Origin: Chiloscyllium plagiosum
Lineage: Eukaryota
Direction: 5' to 3'
Assembly: GCF_004010195.1 (NCBI RefSeq)
Contig: NC_057711.1
Span: 82,078,076 to 82,142,075, forward strand
DNA length: 64,000 bases
The notes below the pieces were generated by a model. It did not search any database. It saw nothing but the letters and a program-made list of their open reading frames with translations, and was not told where the DNA came from. The position numbers were made by a program, and so were the translations under genes. Shown piece after piece: positions 38,560-51,667 of this stretch (the stretch's first letter is position 1; every line of letters starts with the position of its first letter).

Positions 38560-40372
38560 AGAAAAAGACAAGATACTCTATAAGCATATCAAGGGCCAGA
38601 GGATAACTAAGGTTATCCACACTGTAAGTAATCTAATCTAAGGGGAGTGCCCATTAGGAACAAAGGAGGCCATCTGTGTGTGGAGCTGGATGACATTGGT
38701 AGGATATTAAATGAGTACTTTACATTTTTCTACACGTGGGAGAAGGAGGATGCATGTACAAAATTTGGGAAAAGAGACTGGAGCTTCTTGAACATTGACA
38801 TATGGAGTGAGGAGGTAATGGAGGTTTTGATGGGATTAAAAGTCAACAAATCCCCAGGTCTGGATGAGTTGCATCGCAGGCTGCTGTAGGAGATGAGGGA
38901 GGAAATTTCAGGAGCTCTGACCCAAATTTTAATTCCTCTCTGGCCATAGGGAAGGTGCCAGAGTTCGAGAGAACAGATAATGTGGTTCAATTTTTCAAGC
39001 AGGAAACCAGAAAATTAGACAAGTGAATCTTACATCAGTGGTAGGGAAACTACTGGAGAAAATTCTGAAGGAGAGAATTAATCGCCAGTTGGACAGGCAA
39101 GGTTTGATTAGGAGTAGTCAGCATGACTTTGTCAGAGGGAGACCTAACTAATTTGTTCGAACATTTTTTGAGAAGATTACCAGGTCTGTAGATGAAGTTA
39201 GTGCAGTTGATATAATTTGCATGAATTTCAGCAAAGCCTTTAACAAGGTCCCACATGGGAGACTGATAAAGAAGTTAAAAGCTCATGGGATCTGGTGTAA
39301 TTTGGCAAGTTGGGTGCAAAATTGGCTTAATGGTAGGAGACAAAGGCTGATGGTAGAAGGCTGTTTGTGTGACTGGAGGCTGGTGTCCAGTGGCATACCA
39401 GAGAGGTCAGTGCTGCATCCCTTACTGTTTGTGATACATATAAACAACATAGATGAGAATGTTGTTTGGGTGAGCAGTGAGTAATTACGTTTGCAGATAT
39501 GACAAAGAATGGCTGGATGGTTGACAATGAAGAAGGTGTTAGATTATGGAAGAACATAAATGGATTAATCCAATGGACAGATCGGTGACAGAGTGGAATT
39601 TAACCCTGAAAATTGTGAGGTGATGCATTTGGAATAAGGCAATACTCAGCAAATGGTAGGACACTAAGAAGCACAGAGGAATAAATGGATCTCAGGGTGC
39701 TTGTCCAGAGATCCCTGATGGTGGCAAGACAGATTAATAACATAGTTCTGAAGACATATGGAACACTTGCATATATCAGTCATGACATGATTTATAAGAG
39801 CAGGAAGGTTATGTTGGCGATTTATAAATCTTTGGTTGTGCCACAGTTGGAGTGCTGCTGGCAGTTCTGGTCATGAGACTCGAGGAACAACGAGATTGAA
39901 CTAGAGGGGGTACTGAAGAGATTCACTAGGGTTTTGTCTGGAATTGAACACTAGCTGTGAAGAGAGGTTGGATTGTTTTCTTAAAGCACAGAAGGTTGAG
40001 AGGGGACCTAATTGAGTTGCATAAAATTATGAGGGCATGAAGAGAGTGCATGGAAAGCAGCTGTTGCCCTTAGTTGAACAGTCAATAGCAAGGGGTCATA
40101 ATTTTAAAGGTAAAAGGCAGGATGTTTAAAGGAGATGTGAAGAAATTCCTTTTCACCCAGAGGATGGTGGGAATCTGGAATGCACTGTTGGGAAGGTAGT
40201 TGAGGTAGAAACAACCCTTAAAGAGTACTTGAATAAGCATTTGAAATGTCATAACATTCAAAGTTATGGGACAAGTACTAGAAAGTGGGATGAGTGTAGA
40301 TTTAGACAAGAGTCATTTTGTTGTAGCAGACTCAATGGACCGAAGGGCCTCTTCTATAGTTATTCAATGATT
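38560..40372 (+). mobile_element. CR1 LINE ORF2 fragment, degenerate
   Basis: KSPGLDELH, NFSKAFNKVPH, PQLECCWQFW. Confidence 0.85.
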
Positions 40373-41535
40373 CATACTACCGCTGGAAGACCAATTATAT
40401 AATTTATAAAAGGTAGCTACAATGGTTGCTATGATTGACCAAAAAACCATATTAGAGAAAACATTCTCGAACTTTGACTAACAATTAAACTAATTTGCAA
40501 CAACAAGACATAAGATGTTTGATAAATCAATTATTCCAGGGTTAGTTATTGCCAATAGCTAGGCTATTACTTCAAATAAATGAACATGACATTATATATA
40601 ATATGTTAGCAGGCATGGATTCAAAATACATATCCTTATCAAAATATGTAGAACTGTTTCATTCGGTTAGGACAATTGTCTACAAAATGGAATACTAATA
40701 ATATCAACTCATCAATGTTGCCCAAATACAGTAATTCACATCTTGAATAAAAAATTGTAAATATACACCTAAATGCTTTAAATAATGTTATTGAAATGTA
40801 AAAAAAAAACACTTCTGAAATGTTTTCCTCTATATTTAATGTGGTGTTAGCCTAAGTGAAAACAGCTTCATTATTATGATTCCACGGTACTGGTATAGAG
40901 TAATGTATTGATCTTAAACTCACCAAATGCATCAGTGCGCTGGAAGAAAATTCACGTATTGCAAATAAAGCACAAAGGCAAAGATGAACGCAACTCTTCA
41001 TAACTAACCACTCTACCAGCGTCCAGAAGTCAAGAGGTGTAAAATAATTTTTAAAAATTGGATATCCACGATAAATACACTGAAACCCATGTGTGCGTTC
41101 ATACAACACATATTTACTTTGTCCATTTATTTAAAAAAAAACAAATTTTCAGAAGGAGCAACAACTGGAATCAGATCAGTAAATGTATCCAATCACATAA
41201 GATATCAACTGAAAATCAAAAGCTATAATTAATCGTTATCATTCCAATGGCAACATGGTTGTGATAATTTTGTCATTATCACTTCGTAGTACGATACGCG
41301 AGGGCGGGGGAACTATGCGTGTATTTCAATAATATGGTAATAAACATGCATCATGTACTTTTAGTTTATAATCTATTTTAGAACAATATTACCAAAAGAA
41401 AATTAACAAAAGGTTTTTGACAGCAACCAAATAAATACTCGTGCTTCAAAGAGAAAACTCTCAATTCATGTAAGAATCTTCGAAGTAGTTTATTTGCGGC
41501 TAGATTTTAAAATGTTAAACCTATCAACCCCATTA

Positions 41536-41652
<117 letters not shown>

Positions 41653-42014
41653 CTAATTTCTCTTAATTAATCATAGAAGCCGTCAACCTCAAAAACAAAC
41701 ATCTCCCGACTGAACTGAAAACGCCTTGGGCGTGTATCGTATTATGAAGAAAACACTACCACATGGAGAAGAACACTGACTGCGTCAAGCGGAGTCTATC
41801 TCAGATGCTCACTCAAGATTTCGTAGACATTTGTACGGCAAGAACATAAGCAGCAGGGTGGAAACTCCAACAATAGAATTTTAAACCAGAAAGTATTCTT
41901 TCCGTTGCTGGATAAGAACAGGCTGGAAGTCAAACACCTGTTCGATGTACAGTATATGGTAGCTGGAGCTCACGGTGCCTGCTTCAATGATGCTTCTCTG
42001 ATGCATTGATCCAG

Positions 42015-42165
42015 CTCCTCCCCACTCCGAGGGCGGGCACGCCGCGCCGCGCCAGAAGTCAAGGCTCAGCCAATCACAGCGCTCCGTGCTCTCCTCGCGG
42101 TTACGCGCAGCAGGTGCGCGCGGAGCGGGCCGTCGTAGGAACAAAGAGCCGTCCGAGGATGGTAC
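42015..42165 (-). promoter_or_regulatory. CpG-rich promoter region of FRMD3
   Basis: The most CpG-dense non-repeat stretch in the window. GC box gggcggg at ~42031 and CCAAT (gccaatca) at ~42069-42076, about 400 bp upstream of the start codon. Confidence 0.75.
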
Positions 42166-43034
42166 ACAGCATCTCCGATTCATGTGAATACACGGCTATA
42201 CTGTCTGCTTGCACATTGCCATTCGATGTTATTTCTGCATTTAGATACATACTTCTGACATTTTTCTGTCATCATTGCAATGTTACTTTATTTCCACAAC
42301 GGGAGATTTATTTAAGTAAAATGGTGCATTATTTACCAGTTGAATGCAATATTGTTCGCATTGATTCCCACCTCCCCCCACCCCTTCCCCCAAACAAGTC
42401 AATTAGATACAGATTGCAACCATTGTTTTCTGCTGAAGAGAATCTTTGTAGATGATTACAAGTTGGGTGAGAACCCAGCTGCGCTGAATTGTTAGGGGTG
42501 CTATCCGGCATGACTTTTTCCTTCTCGCTCCGCTCATCGTTCTGGCCTGACCTTTCTGTCGTATTACTTTCCTTCTGGACGCTGTCCCAATACGAATATC
42601 TTCCGGTGAAAACGACCAAAAATCAGCTGAGACACTCAGCAGCTGCGCACCAGGCCAATCGCTGCAAGCCAGTAACTGGCCTTCACCGTTGCAATGTTAG
42701 AAGAATGCCCCGGAGACGTCCAACAGGGGCAAGTTGGCACCCCGGGATAGTGTCGTTTCCTTGGTACTGCCAGAGGTGACTACAACACCAGACCTTGCTG
42801 ACTTGGTCCAAAGTCTCCACCCTGGTCAGTACTGTCTTCACAATCTAAAGGAATGCCCAGCAATAGAAGAAGAAAGTTAAAGACCCTCCAGCTTCTGCAA
42901 GTCATCTTCCCTCTATTAACTCACATTCTTTCTAGCTCTGCCACTGCACCACTTCCTGCCATGGATTTACCACTCATCAATTGCTTCCCTCCATTGCTCC
43001 TATCCATCTCAACCACAGACGAACTCCACATGAG

Positions 43035-43228
43035 GGAGGTTTCCTCCGGTTTCCTCCCACAATCCAAAAATGTGCAGGTTAGGTGAATTGGCCATGCTAA
43101 ATTGCCCGTAGTGTTAGGTGAAGGGGTAAATGTAGGGGAATGGTTCTGGGTGGGTTGTGCTTCGGCGGGTCGGTGTGGACTTGTTGGGCTGAAGGGCCTG
43201 TTTCCACACTGTAAGTAAGTAATCTAAT
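43035..43228 (+). mobile_element. 5'-truncated HE1-like SINE
   Basis: Homologous to the 3' two-thirds of 27375-27688. Confidence 0.85.
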
Positions 43229-43351
43229 TTCTCCATTTCCTACTCAGAAACTCACCAACATTCTCCCACCTGTACCAGCACGAAAGTTGTGCCAACCACT
43301 ATAATATTACTCAGTCCCTTCCTGTCGCCAAAATAGGGCAACGAGAGCCAA

Positions 43352-43463
43352 TGTGCCCGAAACGTCGAATCTCCTGTTCCCTGGATGCTGCCTGACCTGC
43401 TGTGCTGTTCCAGCAATAAAGTTTCAACTTTGATCTCCAGCATCTGCAGACCTCACTTTCTCC
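43352..43463 (+). mobile_element. PLE family A extreme 3' tail (starts inside the hammerhead)
   Basis: Matches 3559-3670 (tgtgcccgaaacgtcgaatctcc...cactttctcc). Confidence 0.85.
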
Positions 43464-43858
43464 CCATACCTAACATTTGTCATGTCACCTTGTATGAGGA
43501 GGGAATCCTTGCCTGAAGAGGAGAGGACTATAAGCAATCATGGTCAAAACAAAATAGCCATGTCCCAAGAATTAAATAAACTTCATTGTCAAATGTTGGC
43601 TGTTTACCAATTACCACCACTGTGAGCATGTTCTTACCATGTCCAAGCATGTTGTCCTTTTTTCACAACTCATTATCTCTGTCTCCTGCAGGCACCAGTA
43701 GCATCTGCACACCATCTGTCATGAAGAAGTAATCTCTTCCTGCTAAGTAAGAAGCCACAGCTCCCTCAGAGTGAGGCTGAAGATCCAGACCCCCCTTGCA
43801 GGGCCTCTCGGTCTCAGGATCGGTCAAAAAGAATCACTAGGAGTACAGTCTGTTTAAA

Positions 43859-44082
43859 GGAGAAAGTGAGGACTGCAGATGCTGGAGATCAGAGCTGAAA
43901 ATGTGTTGCTGGAAAAGCGCAGCAGGTCAGGCAGCATCCAAGGAACATGAGAATCGACGTTTCGGGCATAAGCCCTTCTTCAGGAATCATTCCTGAAGAA
44001 GGGCTTATGCCCGAAACGTCGATTATCCTGTTCCTTGGATGCTGCCTGACCTGCTACGCTTTTCCAGCAACACATTTTCAGC
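43859..44082. mobile_element. Palindromic mini-PLE (family A) with 15-bp TSD
   Basis: Arms 43893-43987 and 43989-44083 (~95 bp, ~3 mismatches), centre 43988. TSD tacagtctgtttaaa at 43844-43858 and 44083-44097. Confidence 0.9.
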
Positions 44083-44154
44083 TACAGTCTGTTTAAACCA
44101 AGGTTACCAGTTTAATAAATTAAGGCAGCCTGGTGCAGATTTGTCCAGCAACAC

Positions 44155-47100
44155 AGAGTCATAGAGATGTACAGCATAGAAACAGACCCTTTGGTCCAAC
44201 CCGGCAATGCCAACCAGATATCCCAACCCAATCGAGTCCCACCTGCCAGCACCCAACCCATATCCCTCCAAACCCTTGCTATTCATATACCCATCCAAAT
44301 GCCTCTTAAATGTTGCAATTGTACTTCCCTCCACCACTTCCTCTGACAGCTCATTCCATACTCATACCACCTCCTGGTATTCCATGAGATCTAACCTTGT
44401 TGATCAGTCTCCCATGGGGAACCTTGTCAAATGCCTTACTTAAGTCCATACAGATCACATCGACCACTCTGTCCTCATCAATCATCTTTGTTACTTCTGT
44501 GTGAAAAAGTTGCCCCTGAGGTCTCTTTTATATATTTCCCCTCTCACCCTGAACCTATGCCCTCTAGTTCTGGACTCCCCGAACCCAGGGAAAATACTTT
44601 GCCTATTTACCCTATCCATGCCCCTCATAATTTTGTATGCCTCTATAAGGTCACCCCTCAACATCCAACACTCCAGGGAAAACAGCCCCGGCCTGTTCAG
44701 CCGCTCCCTATAGCTCAAATCCTCCAACCCTGGCAACATCCTTGCAAATCTTTTCTGAACCCTTTCAAGTTTCACTTTCCAATAGGAAGGAAACCAGAAT
44801 TGCACACAATATTCCAACAGTGGCCTAACCAATGTTCTGTACAGCCGCAACATGACCTCCCAACTCCTGTACTCAATACTCTGACCAATAAAGGAAAGCA
44901 TACCAAACGCCTTCTTCACTATCCTATCTACCTATGACTCCACTTTCAAGGAGCTATGAACCTGCACTCCAAGGTCTCTTTGTTCAGCAACAATCCCTAG
45001 GACCTTCCCATTAAGTGTATAAGTCCTGCTAAGATTTGCTTTCCCAAAATGCAGTACCTAGCATTTATCTGAATTAAACTCCATTTGCCACTTCTCAGCT
45101 CATTGGCCCATCTGGTCAAGATCCTGTTGTAATCTGAGGTAATCCTCTTAGCGGTCCATTACACCTCCAATTTTGGTGTAATCTGCAAATTTACTAACTG
45201 TACCTCTTATGCTCACATCCACATCATTTATGTAAGTGACAAAAAGTAGAGGACCCAGCACCGATCCTTGTGGCACTCCACTGGTCATAGGCCTCCAGTG
45301 TGAAAAACAACCCTCCACCACCACCCTATGTCTTCTACCTTTGAGCCAGTTCTGTATCCAAATGGCTAATACTCCCTGTATTCCATGAGATCCAACCTTG
45401 CTGATCAGTCTCCCATGGGGAACCTTGTCATACGCCTTACTGAAGTCCATTTAGATCACATCTACCATTCTGTCCTCATCAATCATCTTTGTTACTTCTT
45501 CAAAAAACTCAATCAAGTTTGTGAGACATGATTTCCCACACATAAAGCCATGTTAACTATTCCTAATCAGTCCTTGCCTTTCCACATACGTGTGCATCCT
45601 GTCACTCAGGATTCCCTCCAACAATTTGTCCACCACTGACGTCAGGCTCACCGGTCTATAGTACCCTGGCTTGTCCTCATCACCCTTCTTAAACAGTGGA
45701 ACCACGTTAGCCAACCTCCAGTCTTCCGGCACCTCACCTGTGACTATTGATGATACAAATATCTCAGCAAGTGGCCCAGCAATCAACTTCTCTAGCTTCC
45801 CACAGAATTCTCGGGTACACCTGATCAGGTCCTGGGGATTTATCCACCTTTAACCATTTCAAGGCATCCAGCACTTCCTCCTCTGTAATGTGGACATTTT
45901 GCAAGATGTCACCAGCCTGTCCTCGGATGCTGCCTGAATTGCTGTGCTCTTACAGCACCACTGATCCAGAATCTATTTCACGACAGTCTATATCTTCCAT
46001 ATCCTTTTCCACAGTAAATACTGATGCAAAATATTCATTTAGTATCTCCCCCATTTTCTGCGTCTCCACACAAAGGCCATCTTGCTGATATTTGAGGGGC
46101 CCTATTCTCTCCCTAGTTATCCTTTTGTCCTTAATGTATTTGTAAAAACACTTTGGATTCTCCTTAGTTCTATTTGGCAACGCTATCTCTTGTACCCTTT
46201 TTGCCCTCCTGATTTCCCTCTTAAGTATACTCTTACTTCCTTTATACTCTTCTAAGGATTCACTCGATCTATCCTGTCTATACCTTACATATGCTTCCTT
46301 CTTTTTCTTAATCAAACCCTCAATTTCTTTAGTCATCCAGCATTCCCAATACCTACCAGTCTTTCCTTTCACCCTGACAGGAATATACTTTCTCTGGATT
46401 CTCGTTATCTCATTTCTGAAGGCTTCCCATTTTCCAGCCGTCCCTTTACCTGCGAACATCTGCCCCCAATCAGCTTTNNNNNNNNNNNNNNNNNNNNNNN
46501 NNNNNNNNNNNNNNNNNNNNNNNNNNNNNNNNNNNNNNNNNNNNNNNNNNNNNNNNNNNNNNNNNNNNNNNNNNNNNNNNNNNNNNNNNNNNNNNNNNNN
46601 NNNNNNNNNNNNNNNNNNNNNNNNNNNNNNNNNNNNNNNNNNNNNNNNNNNNNNNNNNNNNNNNNNNNNNNNNNNNNNNNNNNNNNNNNNNNNNNNNNNN
46701 NNNNNNNNNNNNNNNNNNNNNNNNNNNNNNNNNNNNNNNNNNNNNNNNNNNNNNNNNNNNNNNNNNNNNNNNNNNNNNNNNNNNNNNNNNNNNNNNNNNN
46801 NNNNNNNNNNNNNNNNNNNNNNNNNNNNNNNNNNNNNNNNNNNNNNNNNNNNNNNNNNNNNNNNNNNNNNNNNNNNNNNNNNNNNNNNNNNNNNNNNNNN
46901 NNNNNNNNNNNNNNNNNNNNNNNNNNNNNNNNNNNNNNNNNNNNNNNNNNNNNNNNNNNNNNNNNNNNNNNNNNNNNNNNNNNNNNNNNNNNNNNNNNNN
47001 NNNNNNNNNNNNNNNNNNNNNNNNNNNNNNNNNNNNNNNNNNNNNNNNNNNNNNNNNNNNNNNNNNNNNNNNNNNNNNNNNNNNNNNNNNNNNNNNNNNN

Positions 47101-48314
47101 NNNNNNNNNNNNNNNNNNNNNNNNNNNNNNNNNNNNNNNNNNNNNNNNNNNNNNNNNNNNNNNNNNNNNNNNNNNNNNNNNNNNNNNNNNNNNNNNNNNN
47201 NNNNNNNNNNNNNNNNNNNNNNNNNNNNNNNNNNNNNNNNNNNNNNNNNNNNNNNNNNNNNNNNNNNNNNNNNNNNNNNNNNNNNNNNNNNNNNNNNNNN
47301 NNNNNNNNNNNNTCTGTAATCTCCCTTCAGAATCTCAACCTTTTCCCTTCCTATGTCGTTGGTTCTCATATGGACAATGACCTCTTGCTGCCCCTCTCCC
47401 CCGTGAGAACATTCTGCACCCTCTCTGAGACATCCTTGATCCTGGCACCAGGGAAACAACACACCATTCTGCTTTTTCGCTGCTGGCCACAGAAACGCCT
47501 ATCTGTACCTCAGACTACAGAATCCCCTAACACAATTGATCTCTTGGAAGCCAATGTACCCCTTGTTGCATTAGAGCCAGTCTCAATACCAGAAACCTGG
47601 CTGTTCGTGCTACATTCCCCTGAGAATCCATCACCCCCTACATTTTCCAAATCAGCATATCTGTTTGAAATGGGTATATCCACAAAAGACTCCTGCCCTA
47701 GGTGCCTACCTTTCTTACCTTTCCTGGAGTCAACCCATTTATGTGACTGTATCTGAGACTTTCCCCCCTTCCTATAACTGCCATCCATCACATACTGTTG
47801 CTGTTGCAAATTGCTCATTGCTTCTAACTGTCTCTCCAACTGATCCATGCAATCTGATAAAATTCGCATCCAACAGCATTTATGGCAGATATAATCCGCA
47901 GTAACCCTTAAACACTCTTTAAACTCCAACATCTGACAAGAAGTACATATCACTGTACTAAAAGTCGTTTTTGCTACTTCACAATCTACAGGCCTTGAAA
48001 ATAACACCATCTTATTCCTCTACAAGACACTGCTCCGTGTTAAATTAAGAGTTATGGCTTGTATTTTAAGCTTAATCAAGCGATATGTCTCCAAAACATA
48101 TAATCAAGAAAGAACCCACTCTACTCACTACTGCAGCCTTTCTATTGGACACACTTAAAACAACGTTTAACTTATCTGATTCTGTGCTGCGAACTTTGCC
48201 CAAACAGGTTCCTCCAAGATTAGTTGTGAATTTCACTGTTTGTTAATTTTCTCAGGCGCACTCCGATGTCCAGCGATACATGAATTCAAAACAGCAAAGG
48301 CAGTGACTGTGCAT

Positions 48315-48348
<34 letters not shown>

Positions 48349-48575
48349 GCACTGTCCTCACACCATGTGCTTCCTTTGTCTGTTCTTCTCCCTTTTAAAA
48401 CTGCTGTTGTTCTAACTTCTTTTTTTCCAAAGTTCCAAAACAATGCAACAGCGTATGAAACAGTAATTGCTGCTCCTAGAATTCGAGGAAATCACCTCCA
48501 GCACCTAAAATACCTCAAAAAAGGAGCAGCTGTTACAGCCAGAAATTTTTCCCTTCCTCCATCTTGGATTACCCA
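44155..48575 (-). mobile_element. Near-full-length CR1 (HER1-like) LINE: 5' UTR, ORF1 (zinc finger + SGNH esterase), ORF2 (APE-RT, disrupted)
   Basis: ORF1 CTSC...CHKC, IVLGDSVV, VIVHMRTNDIG. ORF2 [58 protein letters not shown]. ctctatgactct tail at ~44155-44166. Confidence 0.92.
46478..47312. other. Assembly gap (N run)
   Basis: 835 Ns inside a CR1. Confidence 1.
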
Positions 48576-49289
48576 GAATTATTTTAATAAAGTGACATGA
48601 TTTACAGCAAGTTAATCCAAAGATATTTCCTGGGAGAGGGTTCTTAATTACAAGAAAAGTCCAATCAACTGTAATAAGGTGACATGATTGACAACAGGCT
48701 AAACCAATGATATTTCCTGCGAAAGAAATTGTTATATGCACAGAATCACCCCATGTTTGCTTGCTCAAGGTTCGTTCAAATACCAAATCACTGTCTTATA
48801 ATTCATATTATGAAAACTCCATTGTATTCCCTTATTTAGCTTAACTCAGCAAAGCAGCAGCACAAGTTCACAGAGTCAAATCATTACTTTCAGTCACTTT
48901 GTTGTGTTATTTTAAATTGAAAAGCCATTTTGTGGTTAATAAAAATTTACATATACTTGTTGCTTCTGACAACAGCCTAAATTCAAATATTTAGATCCTC
49001 AAGGCTACCTTCTATACCCTTTCACCAGCTCAGATACTAAGGCTCCAGGGGTATATTAGCCACATTCCAATATTGCCATGTCTCTGCAGCTGGCTGAAGA
49101 AGAAATTCTCAAGATTGTTAGCACTCATGACTGCCAGAGGCCAGGTACCTGCTCAGAGCCAGCTGGAGATGATGCAGTGGTGTCTTCATGATAACTTCAT
49201 TCAAATTCACAGACACAGAAACAATAGACAGTTTTTTCAGGGGGAGCCTGGAAGCTAACTCAAAGATTGGATATTTGATTTTTTGTAAT

Positions 49290-50490
49290 CTATCAGAGTC
49301 AGCATCGTTTTATGAAGGGTAAGTCATGTTTGATTAATTTGCTAGAGTTCTTTGAACATGTAATAAGCAATGTGGATAATGGGGATCCTGTAGATGTTAT
49401 ATATCTGGATTTCCAGAAGGCATTTGATAGGATGCCACACAAAAGGTTAATAAACAAGGTAAGATCATATGGTTTAAGGGAAACTTATTAGCGTGGATAG
49501 AGGATTTGACAACAAACAAAAAGCAGAGAGTCTTTTCTTCTGATTGGCAAGATATAATTAATGAATTGCTGCAGGATTTGGTCCTTCGGGCCCAACTATT
49601 TACAATCTATATTTATGGCTTGGAAGCAGGGATGGAAGGTATAGTACACAAATTTGGAGCTGACACTAAAAATGATGGGAAAGTAAATTACAACAAAGAA
49701 ACAAGAAATTTACAAATGAATATGGATAACTTAGGTAAATGGGCCAAAATTTGGCAGATTGAGTTTAATGTGGTTAAGAATGACATTTTCCATTTTTGTC
49801 AGAAGAATAGGCAACTTATTAACTAAATGGTGAGAAACTTCAGCATGCAGAGGAATATGGGTGCCTTTGTACATGAAAAACTAGAATGCAGGTACAGTAG
49901 AAAATAAGGAAAGGAAATGGAATTTTGACATTTATTGCCAAAGGGAGCATTGCATACAGTTTTGGTTTCCTTACTTGAGAAGGGATGCAGTTGCATTGGA
50001 GGCAGTTCAGAGGGGGTTCACTAGATTGATTCCGGGTTTGTTTCAGGAAGAAGGATTGAGTTGTTTAGGCCTATACTCTCTCAAGTTTAGAAGAATGAGA
50101 AGAGATTTATTTGAGGTATATGATATTCTAAAGGGGATTACCAAAGTACTCGTACAGAGCATGTTTCCTCTCATGGGGTAATCTAGAGCAAGATATCACA
50201 GCTTTAGGTTAAGGGTTAGCATATTTAAAACAGAATTAAGGAGAAATTACTTCTTTCAAAAGGTTGTGAATCTATGGAATTCATTACCGAGAGTTTGATG
50301 GATGCCAGGACAATGGGTAAATTTAAGAAAGAGATAGACAGAGTTTTATAGTAATGGGTTGAAGGAGTATGGAGGCTGGGAAAGAAAGGGGAGTTGAGAC
50401 TGAGATGATATCACCCAAGATCCTATAAAGAGTGAAGCAAGCTCAAGGGGCTGAATTACCTACTCCTATTCCTGCTCCTAGTTCTTAAGT
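49290..50490 (+). mobile_element. Old CR1 RT fragment
   Basis: YLDFQKAFD, KFGADTK, LEAVQRGFTRLIPG. Confidence 0.8.
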
Positions 50491-50562
50491 TGTTCTGATC
50501 CCAATTCAGACACAGCCAACTAGACCAAATATCCTCCCAAAATGTATTTTTTCTTTAAAAAT

Positions 50563-50597
50563 CACCTGATGAAGGAGCGTCGCTCCGAAAGCTAGTG
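50563..50597 (+). ncRNA. Minimal type-I hammerhead ribozyme motif (PLE family B)
   Basis: CAC-CUGAUGA-A-GGAGC(GUC)GCUCC-GAAAG-CUA/GUG; palindromic helix III AGCU. Confidence 0.8.
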
Positions 50598-50687
50598 TGC
50601 TTCCAATTAAACCTATTGGACTATAATCTGGTGTTGTGTGATTTTTAACTTTGTACACCCCAGTCCAACACCGGCATCTCCGAATCA
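50563..50687 (+). mobile_element. 125-bp PLE family B insertion beginning at its hammerhead
   Basis: 12-bp TSD ttctttaaaaat at 50551-50562 and 50688-50699. Confidence 0.85.
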
Positions 50688-51368
50688 TTCTTTAAAAATG
50701 TCTCTGACAAACTCCTCAAACCAACTCTTTGAAAAGTGCATGTAACAGCGAATTATTAAAAATATCAACATTTTAAGCTCATAAAATAACACGTTAACTT
50801 ATAGGAGCTCCATAAATTTACAGTCAAATTGGCACTTAGGAGAGAGGAATTAAAGGTCATGTGGGACTCACACAACAATGGTTGGAAAGGTGACCAAGGC
50901 TGAGATCATAATTTGGAAAAATATTGGATTCATCTGAATGACAGAAAGCTAAAGAAAATGGTGGCATGATTGTTCTGTTAATTAATTATTGTATTAATTC
51001 AGCACTAAGAGGATTTCACATTTCTTTGCTGAGATTGTCATTTTGATAACCCTTAAAAAATTTACACCTTGTTCAATTTAACTGAGCTTTAAACAGCAAT
51101 GTGATTAAATGAGATTTGATGAACAACAGAATTGGCTCTTAAAATAATATTCATAATCATGATGTGCTATTCAATGTTTAATTGGTAGATTTTTAAGCTA
51201 ATTTTATAAAAAATCAGTTTATCTTCTATATTCACTCCCATGTGTACCCTATCTTTAACGTGCTCCATGTAAAAATGTTTTAAAAATGTGTTTATCAATT
51301 CTTTGTTCCTACTGATAGAGAGTGGGAGGGGATGGCTGCAGAATCTGTGAAAATCTTTACATATGATT

Positions 51369-51667
51369 GGCATGGGCTCAGTGGTTAGCACTGCTGCCTC
51401 ACAGCACCAGGGACCCAGGTTCAATTCCTGTCTCAGGTAACTGACTGTGCAGAGTTTGCACATTCTCCCCATGTCTGCAGGAATTTCTCCAGGTGCTCTG
51501 GTTTCCTCCCACAATCCAAAGATGTGCAGGTTAGGTGAATTGGTCATTAAAAATTTCCCATAGTCAGGTTTAATATGGGGAATGGGTCTGAGTGGGTTAC
51601 TCTTCGGAGGATCAGTATGGATTTGTTGGGCCGAAGGGCCTATTTCTATATTGTAAGGAATCTAATC
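51369..51667 (+). mobile_element. HE1-like SINE
   Basis: Homologous to the other copies. Confidence 0.85.

Noticed and set aside
42006..42455. 149-aa plus-strand ORF and ATG|gtacac at 42159 as the start of a divergent gene
   Set aside because: Explained by the GC-rich promoter; weak donor; no downstream plus-strand exons recognised in 42.2-64 kb.
46470..47462. 330-aa ORF, and similar ORFs at 59553-60111
   Set aside because: Artefacts of reading through N gaps inside CR1 elements.
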